Part shown: piece after piece, positions 8,713 through 19,343 of the stretch
How positions within the stretch are numbered: position 1 is the first letter of the stretch
Layout of the letters: every line of letters starts with the position of its first letter
From: Patescibacteria group bacterium
GTDB taxonomy: Bacteria; Patescibacteriota; Patescibacteriia; UBA11705; DATKZF01
Direction of reading: 5' to 3'
Assembly (NCBI GenBank): GCA_049319825.1
Contig: JBMORT010000009.1
Location: forward strand, 131,349 to 195,348
Length of the DNA stretch: 64,000 nt
Position numbers and translations under genes: made by a program
Notes under the pieces: model-generated
Seen by the model: the letters and a program-made list of their open reading frames with translations, nothing else
Databases searched by the model: none
Told to the model about the DNA's origin: nothing

Positions 8713-10806
8713 TTAGTCAAATCGATAGATGTATATCTGTCCATCAATGTCATAGGTTTCGGCGGCGATTGCCCGCGCCATATTGTTTAGGTTTTCGAAT
8801 CGATCCCAGTATTTGGGGATGACCAAATAGACGGTTTGCACGCCGGTTAATTGTCTGGCTTGCTCGATGTATTCGGTTTTGGGACGGTCATTGACTATAT
8901 TCAGAAATGAATCGTATAATCTTGAACCGGTCGGGAGCGGATAATAGAAATGGCCGTTATATTCCGGCTCAAATCCGTATAACTTCACGGCGGCCACGGC
9001 GGTGTTTTGACTGGCGAGGACAATATACGGATCGGCGCCGGAATTGTGGATGAAGGTGGCCGCCAGGAAATCATATTTGCCGACGTTTAATCCATGATTG
9101 GCCTCGATATTGTCGTATCGAGGATATGACAGGTAAAAAGATGTGGATACCAGCATCGCCGCCAAAAAGCCGATGGCAATCAATGTACCCGGTTTTGTTT
9201 TAAATCGAATAAAAATTTTAGAAAAGATTGGTAGAATCAGTGGAGTTAAAAAAATTATCATTATGATCGTTAGCCTGGAAGCATAGTCGTTTTTTTCATA
9301 ATAAATCAGCGCGTCAAAGGAAAAGAATAGTTTCAAAATTAAGTAGTCGACGGCCAATAGCGTGCCGCTGACCAAATATATATTGATTAATCTGCGGACG
9401 ATGGAGGTTTTATCCGTGTCGTACAAAATGTCCAGATGTCGGCGAAAAATAAAAATTGAGGCGCCGATCAAAAGCAGTGTCATCAGCTGCCAATTGAATC
9501 CGTAAAAATAAATCAGATCGTAGATGCCCCGAAAATTATTTTTGAAATAAATCAACTGTTCCAGTTCGATCCCCAGCGTTTGTTTGATTTGTCGCCATTC
9601 AAAGAAAAGATTCAGCGGATAATTATTGATAAATCGAGTGGCCAGAAAAGCCAAAGGAATTGCGGCCGCGGCCATCGCCAAATAGGCGATCCGGAAAATT
9701 TTGGCCGGCAATCCCGCGGCCGGGTCAATGAATGCCCGCGATCCCACGCATAAAATGAGCGCGGGCAAGCCGGAGAGCGGATGGATTGACAAGGCGATAA
9801 GCGCCATGGCGAGCGGCCAGCGCCACGAGATGTCGCGGCGAGCCAAATAACGATAAAGCGTCATGGCGGTGAGCAAAACGAACAAGAGCGATAAGTTTTG
9901 TGGAGTGGTGAATGTCAGGAATGAAAAAGGCAATGCTAAAAATGCCAATATCGCCGCCGCATTCACTGATCTGAACGATTTGACGGCGATTGCCGGTATA
10001 AACACCGCGGCGAGCAGCGGCACTAACAGCCGGTCGATCAGATCGATCGGCAGCAGCGTAATTTTGTGGACGAACACTTCTAAAGCGTATTGGCCGAGAT
10101 AATAAAACGGCTTGGGTAGGATGTAGCCGTGATCAGCGATGATTTGCGCTGTTTTTTGATGGATAAAAGGATCAAACCCAAACCCGAGCTGGTAAACAAT
10201 CATCGAAACGGAAAAAGACATTAGAAAATGGATCGATAAAAATATTTTTTTCCAAAAATTTTTAAGTTCGGTTTTTAGCAAAAAAATGAATAGTATCAGC
10301 GTGGCCAAAAAGTAGCAGATAAATATTTTTTGATCGATAAGCGTCCATGGCGTGGGCACTGAAATATCGGAGCGAGCGTCCATCAATAATTTCACGATAA
10401 AACCAAGTAAGACGAAATACGACAAGATGGTCAGCGATTGCCGCCAATCCGTATTGATTTTCGGAATTTTATGTAAATGGCGCGATCGGCCATGCCACAG
10501 TCGGGCGCCAATTGAAAAACCCGAAATTAAAATTGCCAATAGCATTATCACCGGTTGATTAAGCTGATAAAAATAATAAATGATCGAACCGCAGACGCTG
10601 ACCATGGCTAAAATAATGATTGCGGCCATTGTCCATGAGTCGGCCGCCCCGTTTTTAATTGCCGATTTAATGAGACAAACGCTCGTGACCATGAATAAAA
10701 TGCCCGAAAGCATGCCGAGAAGGAAATGGACATTAAAAAATGTCTGGAAGCAGACCAGGGTCAAAGCCATGATATTTATGACGATCAAACCGTATTTTTT
10801 TATCAT
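8713..10806 (-). CDS. Large multi-pass membrane protein (GT-C-like architecture)
   Basis: Many TM helices, GFDPFIH loop, soluble C-terminal domain. Confidence 0.6.
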   Translation of the reverse strand: MIKKYGLIVINIMALTLVCFQTFFNVHFLLGMLSGILFMVTSVCLIKSAIKNGAADSWTMAAIIILAMVSVCGSIIYYFYQLNQPVIMLLAILISGFSIGARLWHGRSRHLHKIPKINTDWRQSLTILSYFVLLGFIVKLLMDARSDISVPTPWTLIDQKIFICYFLATLILFIFLLKTELKNFWKKIFLSIHFLMSFSVSMIVYQLGFGFDPFIHQKTAQIIADHGYILPKPFYYLGQYALEVFVHKITLLPIDLIDRLLVPLLAAVFIPAIAVKSFRSVNAAAILAFLALPFSFLTFTTPQNLSLLFVLLTAMTLYRYLARRDISWRWPLAMALIALSIHPLSGLPALILCVGSRAFIDPAAGLPAKIFRIAYLAMAAAAIPLAFLATRFINNYPLNLFFEWRQIKQTLGIELEQLIYFKNNFRGIYDLIYFYGFNWQLMTLLLIGASIFIFRRHLDILYDTDKTSIVRRLINIYLVSGTLLAVDYLILKLFFSFDALIYYEKNDYASRLTIIMIIFLTPLILPIFSKIFIRFKTKPGTLIAIGFLAAMLVSTSFYLSYPRYDNIEANHGLNVGKYDFLAATFIHNSGADPYIVLASQNTAVAAVKLYGFEPEYNGHFYYPLPTGSRLYDSFLNIVNDRPKTEYIEQARQLTGVQTVYLVIPKYWDRFENLNNMARAIAAETYDIDGQIYIYRFD

Positions 10807-10892
10807 ACTATGCGTATTTTAGCAGTAATTTTCAAGATATTCCAGCCGGTATAGAAAATTTGGCAAAAACCTGTTAGAATAACAGCGAATAT

Positions 10893-12476
10893 ATGATATC
10901 CAGACAAATCGAAAATTTGCTGAATGCTTATTACGATGACGCCGAGCCGTGTCGATACGCCGAAGAGAGCACCATCAGCGTCAACGAAGTGGTGGCCAAG
11001 GCGGTTTTGGCTTACGAAAAAATCAGAAATATTGTTGATTATCGAGATGAACATTTGCTTCGAAAGAGCGCCATCAATCGCATTGTCAAACGTCGTTTTG
11101 CCGACGTGCTGCGCGGCGCGCAGATCGGGGAGCACCTGATCAAGGAATTGATCCGCGCCGGCTATGTGGCCAACCGAAGCCTGCCGGAAACCAAATCGGT
11201 TGAAGTCAGCGCCGCGCTCAATAAAACGGCCAATTTGTATTTGGGAATTAAAGATTCGTTCGCATTTAATGAACAGCAGAAGTTTAAAAATTGGCTGTTG
11301 GGGTTAGTCTCGGTGGAAATCGAAGAATTGCTGGCGCCATCGGCATTTAAACAGGCGCTGGTCAGCGCCGCTTTTTCCTTGGCCAAAGCCAAGACAGAGA
11401 TTTTGGATGAAGCGATGTCAGCCGATGAAAAAGATCTTCAGCTGTACGTCGGTGTTTTGCGTTCATTGTTCAAATCCGACAATGACATGATTTCATATTC
11501 ACTTTTTAAACTTTTTTATCCCCAATGGTATGCTGACCCCGATGAAGTGTTTGATCAGATCAGGGTTGAAATATCGGATATAAAAAAGCTGATTGATTAT
11601 CACATTAATCATCGTCTGCGCCGAAAAGTCGAGCACTGCGTCAAGCCCTATGGCGTTTATTTATACACAATAAAAGATTTGATCGAACAAAATCCGCCGT
11701 CAGCGCCGGCCATTTTGGAAAATCCGGAAGTCGCGGCCGAGTATTTAAAGGCGATTATCGCTCAAAAAAAGAAGTTGATAAAATCAAGACTTAATAAAAG
11801 TATTTTTCGCTCGATGATTTATATTTTCCTGACCAAAATGCTGCTGGCGCTGGCGATTGAAGTCCCGTTTGAACTTTTTGTCATCAAGGAAATCAATCAT
11901 TTGCCTCTGTTGATCAATTTGTTCGCTCCGATAATTTTACTTTTTATCATCGGCAAAACAATAGTGGTTTCCACCGCCAAAAATGCCGATAAAATTCTAA
12001 CCGACACCTATTCCATCATTTACGGCCAGTTGCCAGATTTAAATCGAGTGGTGATCAAGCCGCCGCGGAACTGGGGTGCGGTCAAACAAGTGTTTTTCGG
12101 GCTGTTTTATTCGGGTACCTATATCATTACCTTTGGCGCGCTTTTCTGGGCTTTAAAAGATCTTAAGTTTAATGTCGTCGGCGGCGCCTTGTTTATAGTT
12201 TTTTTAAGCATTGTCAGCTTTTTCGGTTACCGGCTGCGTCAGGGCGCCAAGGAAATTTATATTGTCAAAGAACGCCAGGGCTTTTTCGCGACGCTGATTG
12301 AATTCTTTTTCATGCCGATCATTAAGGTCGGGCAGTGGATATCCACCAAGTTTTCCAAAATCAATATTTTTATATTTATATTGGATTTTATAATTGCCGC
12401 GCCGTTTAACGTCATTATTGAAGTTATAGACGATTGGTTTGCTTTTTTTAAAGAGAAAAAAGAAGAAATTTATTAA
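10893..12476 (+). CDS. Hypothetical protein with C-terminal TM helices
   Basis: 527-aa ORF with YEKIRNIVDYRDEHLLRKSAI motif. Confidence 0.7.
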   Translation: MISRQIENLLNAYYDDAEPCRYAEESTISVNEVVAKAVLAYEKIRNIVDYRDEHLLRKSAINRIVKRRFADVLRGAQIGEHLIKELIRAGYVANRSLPETKSVEVSAALNKTANLYLGIKDSFAFNEQQKFKNWLLGLVSVEIEELLAPSAFKQALVSAAFSLAKAKTEILDEAMSADEKDLQLYVGVLRSLFKSDNDMISYSLFKLFYPQWYADPDEVFDQIRVEISDIKKLIDYHINHRLRRKVEHCVKPYGVYLYTIKDLIEQNPPSAPAILENPEVAAEYLKAIIAQKKKLIKSRLNKSIFRSMIYIFLTKMLLALAIEVPFELFVIKEINHLPLLINLFAPIILLFIIGKTIVVSTAKNADKILTDTYSIIYGQLPDLNRVVIKPPRNWGAVKQVFFGLFYSGTYIITFGALFWALKDLKFNVVGGALFIVFLSIVSFFGYRLRQGAKEIYIVKERQGFFATLIEFFFMPIIKVGQWISTKFSKINIFIFILDFIIAAPFNVIIEVIDDWFAFFKEKKEEIY

Positions 12477-12623
12477 CAATAATTTCGCCGTATAATTAAA
12501 TTCCATTCGGGAAAAGTCAAAACCGAATTGGCGACGGGAAACATCGCCAAAAAAATTGAGGTTATTATTGAATAATCATAGTAGATTATGAAATTTCCGG
12601 CAGCTGATGTTCGGATTTTTTTC

Positions 12624-12652
12624 TTGACAAAAAGTTGCCTGATCGCTATAGT
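12624..12652 (+). promoter_or_regulatory. Sigma70-type promoter
   Basis: TTGACA-17 nt-TATAGT. Confidence 0.65.
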
Positions 12653-12688
12653 TAAATGTCATCATGTTTGGTGACACGGGAGGGGATA

Positions 12689-13492
12689 ATGCTGATCGCG
12701 GACGGCAGCGTGCAAATTGAGCGCCTGGGACGGAATTTGGGAAATTTCCATCCGACATTGTCGCCAGAAGCGCCGATACTGTACGATATTGTTCGAAAAA
12801 ATTTTCGATTCTCAAGGTTATTTTTGCCGAAAGTCAATTTTACCAATCGAGTGGCGGGCATGCGTGATTCAAATTGTTTCAGTTTGCCGGATCGTCCGTT
12901 TATTTGGCGCACGCGCGACTGGGCCGACGGCGGTATCGTGATTAATGACTCGCTGACAGCCATCGGCGTTTGCAATGCCGACTGTCATTTGGGTGTTTTA
13001 TATGATCCTGACGGAGAAATGCTGTGTTTGCTGCATCTGGGTTTAAAATGTTTTTATCGGCCGGATGGCAGCCCGTCCGTTCTTCAAGAAGCGCTGCGTC
13101 TGTACGACTGCGACGCGACCGATCTTTATTTTTGGGTGGGTTTCGGCGCCGGACCGTGCTGCTATGGCCATGATTTACAGCATCCGGAATTCGGAGAAAA
13201 GAACCGCCATCAAGCGGAAAATTTAAGAAAATTTTTTGGCGCGCAAGCGGTCAAAGGAACAGTGGCCGCCGGACCAAGAAAGGGTTGGGCCGCGCATGAT
13301 AATTTAACGATGATCATTAATCACGCGGATAAGCTGGGATTCAAGGACATGGAAATCGATTATCAGTGCACTTCATGCGCCGGTTTGGACTCAAAAGACG
13401 GTGTTGAAACGGGGGAGCGGTTGTATTGGTCGAACCTTCGGGGCGATGTTGACTGTCGAAATTTTTTCATGGCGCGCCTGACGACGCGCTAA
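12689..13492 (+). CDS. YfiH/PgeF (laccase-domain/polyphenol oxidase family) protein, divergent
   Basis: ADGG, NADCHLGVLYD, LHLG, GPCCY, CTSC, WS..R; GGGAGGGG before ATG 12689. Confidence 0.75.
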   Translation: MLIADGSVQIERLGRNLGNFHPTLSPEAPILYDIVRKNFRFSRLFLPKVNFTNRVAGMRDSNCFSLPDRPFIWRTRDWADGGIVINDSLTAIGVCNADCHLGVLYDPDGEMLCLLHLGLKCFYRPDGSPSVLQEALRLYDCDATDLYFWVGFGAGPCCYGHDLQHPEFGEKNRHQAENLRKFFGAQAVKGTVAAGPRKGWAAHDNLTMIINHADKLGFKDMEIDYQCTSCAGLDSKDGVETGERLYWSNLRGDVDCRNFFMARLTTR

Positions 13493-13559
13493 AACAAGGG
13501 ATCTTATCTCTTGTTTTTTAATTGAAAAATATTAGAATTTAAGCTAAACTGAAGGCAGT

Positions 13560-15218
13560 ATGAAACTTTGGTTTAAGAAAAATCGATATGTTTTTATTTT
13601 GATGATTTTGGGTGTTGCCTGCTTTTTCATGTACAGCTTTTTGGCATTCAGTGCGCCCAAAGAAATTTTCAATTCTCCGGATGAAACCGCCAATTATGTG
13701 TTTTCGTGCAATTTCGCCAAGGCGGGGACAATGAAATTGCCAGAAGACGATAATTTAAAAGTTCAGGGAATGATTCATCCGCGCAGCGCGATCGCCAATT
13801 ACAATGGCGATATCGTGCCCGGATATTTTCTGGGCGCGCCGATGATTTTCGGCTATTTGGGAAAAATATTGGGCTGCTCGGCCATTCCTTTTGTTTTGCC
13901 GGTAATATCCGCCATCACTCCGATCTTCTTTTATCTGGGTTTAAAAAAGATATTTGAAAAAGATGTGGCGTTGATTAGCGCGGTCCTGCTTTATTGCCAT
14001 CCGATTTTTTTGTATTACACCGCTAAAAGTTTGATGCCCAATGTATTGTTTATTGATTTTTTGATTATATCAATCGCTTTAGTGTTAATCGCGCCAATAA
14101 AAAAGGGATTTAAAGGATATTTTCACGCGCGGCCGCTAATCGCCTATTTTTTTTCCGGTATTTTTCTGGCGCTGGGGCTGACCATTCGTCCGGCGGAAAT
14201 CTTTTGGGTGTTTTTTTTATACGTTGTGCTATTCGCTTTCAGAATAAGATATGTGAATTGGCCGGGTTTGTTTTTAGGACTGTGCGGCTTCGGCATTATG
14301 ATCGTGCCCAATTTGCTTTTGAATTATGAGCTGTACGGCGGATACTTTCAGCTCGGTTACAACACGCGATTGATGGGAATTGATTTGGATAATGCGGGTT
14401 CGGCGCCATTTTGGCGTTCATTTTTTTCCCGGTCGATGATTTTTCCGTTCGGCGTTAAGCTGGCGGCCAGCGGCGCGATGTTCATCAACTATTTTTGGCG
14501 ATTTTTGGGCTGGTATAATCTACTGCTGCTGCCTGGGCTGGTCGCATTTTTTGTTTATCTGTGGAATGATAAAAAATTATTCGCCAGAAAGATAGTATAC
14601 TTGATCGCGGTTTTTGACGTTTCTGTTTATTTGATTTTATACTATGGTTCATATTTATTCAGTGATCATATCGACTCGTCAAAGATATCCATCGGCAGCT
14701 CATATTTACGCTACTGGCTGCCGATATTCATTCTCCTGCTGCCGCTGATGTCATCTGCCATCTACGCCGTTTGGCGATTTGCCAGCAAGCAGAAAATCAA
14801 CATCAAGTGCCTGTTTTTAGCGGTGACGATAATGATTTTATCGCTCAATACTTTCGGAGTCGTCTTTAGCTGGACAGATGAAAGCCTGGTGGCGGTCAAG
14901 CATAATCTGGAAATATATCAAAAAATCAGAAATGATGTCGTTTCTTCCACCGAAGAAAACGCCATCATTATCACCGATCGGGCGGATAAAATTTTTTTTC
15001 CGCCAAGAAAAGTGGTGGTATTTTTGGATAATTTTGCCATTTGGCCGCTGGTTGAAATTATCTGCGAGCAGCGCCCGGTATATTATTACACGATGATGCC
15101 GCCGGCAGATATGAAGTACTTCTTGTCGACCAAAGTGACCAATGCCCGCCTGACATTCGATTTTTCCAATAAAATAAATAATTTTTATTTATATAAGATT
15201 AAGCCGGATAAATTTTAA
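13560..15218 (+). CDS. GT39/PMT-like membrane glycosyltransferase
   Basis: FNSPDETANY loop, many TMs, RYWLP. Confidence 0.75.
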   Translation: MKLWFKKNRYVFILMILGVACFFMYSFLAFSAPKEIFNSPDETANYVFSCNFAKAGTMKLPEDDNLKVQGMIHPRSAIANYNGDIVPGYFLGAPMIFGYLGKILGCSAIPFVLPVISAITPIFFYLGLKKIFEKDVALISAVLLYCHPIFLYYTAKSLMPNVLFIDFLIISIALVLIAPIKKGFKGYFHARPLIAYFFSGIFLALGLTIRPAEIFWVFFLYVVLFAFRIRYVNWPGLFLGLCGFGIMIVPNLLLNYELYGGYFQLGYNTRLMGIDLDNAGSAPFWRSFFSRSMIFPFGVKLAASGAMFINYFWRFLGWYNLLLLPGLVAFFVYLWNDKKLFARKIVYLIAVFDVSVYLILYYGSYLFSDHIDSSKISIGSSYLRYWLPIFILLLPLMSSAIYAVWRFASKQKINIKCLFLAVTIMILSLNTFGVVFSWTDESLVAVKHNLEIYQKIRNDVVSSTEENAIIITDRADKIFFPPRKVVVFLDNFAIWPLVEIICEQRPVYYYTMMPPADMKYFLSTKVTNARLTFDFSNKINNFYLYKIKPDKF

Positions 15219-15273
15219 ATGGTCAGCCGGGCTCAATTCCCATGCCCAATGATCAAATGCAAATCGGCAAATT

Positions 15274-15825
15274 ATGAAATATTTTAGATTAATCAGATTG
15301 TCTGTCTGGATAGCGGCCATCGGGGTCTTTGTTTTAATCGCGGCTGATTATTTTTCGCTTGACGGCTATGGCCGTCACCAATACGCGGCCGGGCAAGCGT
15401 CGCCATGGTTTTCCAGGATGTACTCGGCGTCCAATTACGAGCTGATCACCGGCGAGCCAACTTATTTTCGCATTCATAAATTTCCCACGGCGTTTAATCT
15501 GAAGGTACCGATTTCATTCGACGACGCGCGTATAAAAATTTTTTTCAAGGCGGATGACTTGGAGTCATTTCAATTCGGCGTCATTGAAAATCAGGGCAAG
15601 AGTGATTTTCGTTTGCGGGAAATTTTGATTGACAGCCCGGGGCAATGGCATGAACAAACGGTGGAAATTGATTTAACCGATGCGTACCGTGACCCCAAAG
15701 AGGGATATGGCTTTGTGTTTCTGGCCGGCGGCGGTGATCTGAATGTTGCGCGGCTGGAAATTGAGCTTGTTCGCGATAATTTATGGAAGACATTAAAAAA
15801 CAAATTAAAAACAGCCCCGAATTAG
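15274..15825 (+). CDS. Hypothetical membrane-anchored protein
   Basis: N-terminal TM plus beta-rich domain. Confidence 0.55.
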   Translation: MKYFRLIRLSVWIAAIGVFVLIAADYFSLDGYGRHQYAAGQASPWFSRMYSASNYELITGEPTYFRIHKFPTAFNLKVPISFDDARIKIFFKADDLESFQFGVIENQGKSDFRLREILIDSPGQWHEQTVEIDLTDAYRDPKEGYGFVFLAGGGDLNVARLEIELVRDNLWKTLKNKLKTAPN

Positions 15826-16139
15826 CGATTATTTTTTTAGATCTGCATCTGATCAGTTGGTTATCGCTGGCTTGTTTTTTCGTACTGGAGAAAAAATGGC
15901 CGGGGTTGATCAGCTATTTTGTTCATCCCATTATTTTGCTCATAGCCTGGTTGATTACCGTTTTGTTAATATCGGAAAATTTTTCTGAGCGCCACCGGCG
16001 ATTCCATTGGATTCCGATTATCTTGATACTGATTGCCGGCACGATATATATTAAGATTTCCTTGCAAAATTGGTGGTATTTGGGCGTGGCGGTCCTGCCC
16101 GTCCTGCTTTTGGCCTTAAAAAAAGAAAAGCGCGTCTGA
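15783..16139 (+). CDS. Small membrane protein
   Basis: Four hydrophobic segments. Confidence 0.55.
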   Translation: MEDIKKQIKNSPELAIIFLDLHLISWLSLACFFVLEKKWPGLISYFVHPIILLIAWLITVLLISENFSERHRRFHWIPIILILIAGTIYIKISLQNWWYLGVAVLPVLLLALKKEKRV

Positions 16140-16198
16140 AATTTGCCAAATGTCGAATTTTGGCTTAAAATAATGTATATAATTCTTAAAAATAAATT

Positions 16199-17230
16199 AT
16201 GGCCAAACAAAATAAAAATATATTGGTGCTGGGAGGGGGCGGTTTCATCGGCTCGCATCTGTGCGAGCGGCTGGTCAATTCCGGCCAGAATGTAATTTGC
16301 GTTGATAATTTCAGCACCGCTGATCCGGAAAACATCAAACATCTGCTTCAGGAAATGAATTTTGAACTGATCAGGCACGATATAGCTGAACCTTTGCCGG
16401 AGTTGGAATCCTTAGCCGACGTGTCCAAATTTAAAATCGACGTTTTCGGCATCCAGGAAATATACAATTTGGCCTGCCCGACATCAGTGAAAAATTTTGA
16501 AAACTTAAAAGTTGAAACTATTTTGGCCAATACCTCCGGAGTGAAAAATGCGCTCGATTTGGCCGTTAAATATAAAGCAAAAATAGTACACGCGTCTTCC
16601 TCCGTGGTTTACGGCGAAGTGCCCAAAAGCACCATAAAAAAACCAATTTACATTAAAGAGGATTATCGCGGCCAAATGGATCAGCTGGATCCTCGAGCTT
16701 GCTATGATTTGGGTAAATCATATGCGGAAACAATCGTGTCCGTTTATCATGAAAAATTCAATTTGGACACGAAGATGGTCCGCATATTCAGGACTTACGG
16801 TCCGCGCATGCCCTTAAACGACGGTCAGATGATTCCGGATTTTATCAGCAACGCATTGGATAATAAAGATTTGACAGTGTTTGGCGATGAAAATTTTATT
16901 ACCTCATTGTGCTATGTCTCGGATATCGTCGAAGGCATGATCAAGCTGATGGACAGTCCGATCAATGATCCGGTCAACATGGGCGGCACCGTGGTTCATC
17001 GTCTGTCCGACGTCGCGGATAGTATCATCAAGATGACCGATTCGAGTTCTCAAATAGTTTTTAAAGAAAAGCTGCTGTTTATGCGCGAATTGGGATACCC
17101 GGACATTTCCGCGATAAAAAACGCCATTGGCTGGTTTCCGATAATCGATATCAACGAAGGGCTGAAGAGAACGATCGAATACACCAAAGCGCATAAAAGC
17201 TTAGTCGCCTTCACTGCCGATCAGGCATGA
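16199..17230 (+). CDS. NAD-dependent epimerase/dehydratase (UDP-glucuronate decarboxylase-like)
   Basis: GGGGFIGSHL, YNLACP, YDLGK, RIFRTYGPRM. Confidence 0.9.
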   Translation: MAKQNKNILVLGGGGFIGSHLCERLVNSGQNVICVDNFSTADPENIKHLLQEMNFELIRHDIAEPLPELESLADVSKFKIDVFGIQEIYNLACPTSVKNFENLKVETILANTSGVKNALDLAVKYKAKIVHASSSVVYGEVPKSTIKKPIYIKEDYRGQMDQLDPRACYDLGKSYAETIVSVYHEKFNLDTKMVRIFRTYGPRMPLNDGQMIPDFISNALDNKDLTVFGDENFITSLCYVSDIVEGMIKLMDSPINDPVNMGGTVVHRLSDVADSIIKMTDSSSQIVFKEKLLFMRELGYPDISAIKNAIGWFPIIDINEGLKRTIEYTKAHKSLVAFTADQA

Positions 17231-17233
17231 TCT

Positions 17234-17899
17234 ATGAAGACTTACATCGTCATCCCCGCGTACAATGAAGAAAAGACCATCGGTCGAGTGATCGAGGATT
17301 TGCTGCGCGAATCTTATGAGCATATTGTCGTTGTCGATGATGGTTCGAGCGATGACACGCGCGGTATTATCGGCCGGTATCCGGTCAGCTTGTGCCGGCA
17401 TCGTCTCAATTGCGGTCAAGGGGCGGCATTGCGAACCGGTACTGATTTCGCCCTAAGGCAAAACGCCGACATCATTATACATTTCGACGCTGATGGTCAG
17501 CATCAAGTTAAGGATATTCGAAAATTCGTGGAAAAAATCATGCAGGGCTATGACATCGTGATCGGTTCCAGATTTTTGGGCGCCAGCTATAAAAACATAC
17601 CGCTATCCAAAAGATACCTGATCCATAAGCCCGCCCGGCTGTTTAATCGTTTGTTGACCGGAATCAAGCTGACCGATGCGCACAGCGGGTTTCGGGCGGT
17701 CAGCCGCGAAGCGGCGGAGAAAATCAAGATCACCATCAATCGCATGGCGCATAATACCGAAATCCCCGCGGAAGTGATCAGGCATCGGCTGCGCTACGCG
17801 GAGGTGCCGGTTGATGTCGTTTACCATGAATACGGCCAAAATTTGTTTGATGCTTTTGAGATATTGGCCGATTTGTTAAAACATCGAATTTTGAAATAA
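17234..17899 (+). CDS. GT2 glycosyltransferase (polyprenol-phosphate mannose synthase-like)
   Basis: IPAYNEE, VVDDGSSD, FDADGQH, TDAHSGFR. Confidence 0.9.
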   Translation: MKTYIVIPAYNEEKTIGRVIEDLLRESYEHIVVVDDGSSDDTRGIIGRYPVSLCRHRLNCGQGAALRTGTDFALRQNADIIIHFDADGQHQVKDIRKFVEKIMQGYDIVIGSRFLGASYKNIPLSKRYLIHKPARLFNRLLTGIKLTDAHSGFRAVSREAAEKIKITINRMAHNTEIPAEVIRHRLRYAEVPVDVVYHEYGQNLFDAFEILADLLKHRILK

Positions 17900-17900
17900 T

Positions 17901-18275
17901 ATGAATTTGATCCAAATATTGATTTTAATTTTTATCGCGTACGTGATTTATCGATTGGTGGTTAAACTGAACAAGCGACTATTAAGCCCGAGTTTTTTTA
18001 TTCTTTGGCTGATTTTTTGGCTGATAGTCGGATTAATTGTCGTTTTGCCGCAGACCACTCAGCTGATCGCCGAATGGTTGGGGGTCGGCCGGGGTGTGGA
18101 TGCGGTTATGTACATCTCCGTCATCGTCTTGTTTTACATGATTTTCAGAATTTTTGCCCGGATCGAAAAAATTGAAAAAGACATTACCCATTTAGTCAAG
18201 GAAATCGCGATCGAGAGCGCGACAAAAGGAGAAGACCAACATGGAAAAAGTGGCGATCATCCTGATCAATTATAA
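17901..18275 (+). CDS. DUF2304 membrane protein
   Basis: LGVGRGVD..Y; IEKDITHLVKEIAI; follows a GT2 gene. Confidence 0.85.
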   Translation: MNLIQILILIFIAYVIYRLVVKLNKRLLSPSFFILWLIFWLIVGLIVVLPQTTQLIAEWLGVGRGVDAVMYISVIVLFYMIFRIFARIEKIEKDITHLVKEIAIESATKGEDQHGKSGDHPDQL

Positions 18276-19338
18276 AGATTACGCGAAAAAATACCTTAAA
18301 GATTGCGCCGCTTCATTGATAAATATAAATTATCCCCACGATGCGGTAAAGGTTTTCGTGGTTGATAATCAATCATCCCCGGAAAGTCGCCGCGACATAC
18401 TGGAGCTGATGAGACAATTTGATTTTGACGGCGGCAGCGGCCGGATCAAAGCCGAGCTTATCGCCAATGAAGAAAACGTCGGGTATGGACAGGGGAATAA
18501 TTCCGGAATAATGGCGGCCAGAAAACAAGGATTTGAATTTTTCTTTTTACTGAACATGGATACGGAAGTTGATCCGTTTTTTTTATCGAAAGCGATGGCC
18601 GTGTATCACCAAGCACCGAATGCGGGACTGATCCAATCGCGATTGATGCTGCATGATCATCCCGAACAAATAAACAGTTTGGGGAATTTAATACATTTTC
18701 TGGGTTTCGGATTTTCCGAAGGTTATAAAAAAAAATGGCAAGAATTTTCGGTAAACAGTCGATTCGATGAAATAATTTATCCCAGCGGCGCGGCTTTACT
18801 GATTTTTGAAAAAGTTCTTGATGATATCGGCTACTTCACGCCGGAATACTTTATGTATCATGATGATCTGGAATGGGGCTGGAAATCGCGATTGCGCGGT
18901 TATAAAAATTTTATCGCTTACGATTCGGTCGTTTATCATAAATTTCAATTCATTAAAAGCGTTAAACAATTTTATTGGATGGAAAGAAATCGATTGATCA
19001 CCACCTTGGTCGCTTATCACTGGGCGACATTGCTCATATTGTTTCCGGCGTTCGTTTCGTATGAATGCGGTTTAGCGTTTTTTTCTCTGTTTAATGGCTG
19101 GTTTACGGAAAGAGTGAAAGTGTATCGCTGGTTTTTCAGTTGGCGCAACATTAAAAAAATTTACCACTGGCGTCGCCATGTTCAAAGTCGACGGCAGACT
19201 CCGGAGCGGCGAGTGGTTTCTGATTTTGCCGGAAAAATCTTATATCAGGAAGATTTTGACAATCCCATATTAAAATATGTCGCGAATCCGATATTTAATT
19301 TATATTGGCAGATTGCCAAGAGAATAATTTTTTGGTAA
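18241..19338 (+). CDS. GT2 glycosyltransferase
   Basis: VVDNQS, NVGYGQGNN, LLNMD, FMYHDDLEW. Confidence 0.9.
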   Translation: MEKVAIILINYKDYAKKYLKDCAASLININYPHDAVKVFVVDNQSSPESRRDILELMRQFDFDGGSGRIKAELIANEENVGYGQGNNSGIMAARKQGFEFFFLLNMDTEVDPFFLSKAMAVYHQAPNAGLIQSRLMLHDHPEQINSLGNLIHFLGFGFSEGYKKKWQEFSVNSRFDEIIYPSGAALLIFEKVLDDIGYFTPEYFMYHDDLEWGWKSRLRGYKNFIAYDSVVYHKFQFIKSVKQFYWMERNRLITTLVAYHWATLLILFPAFVSYECGLAFFSLFNGWFTERVKVYRWFFSWRNIKKIYHWRRHVQSRRQTPERRVVSDFAGKILYQEDFDNPILKYVANPIFNLYWQIAKRIIFW

Positions 19339-19343
19339 ATGCT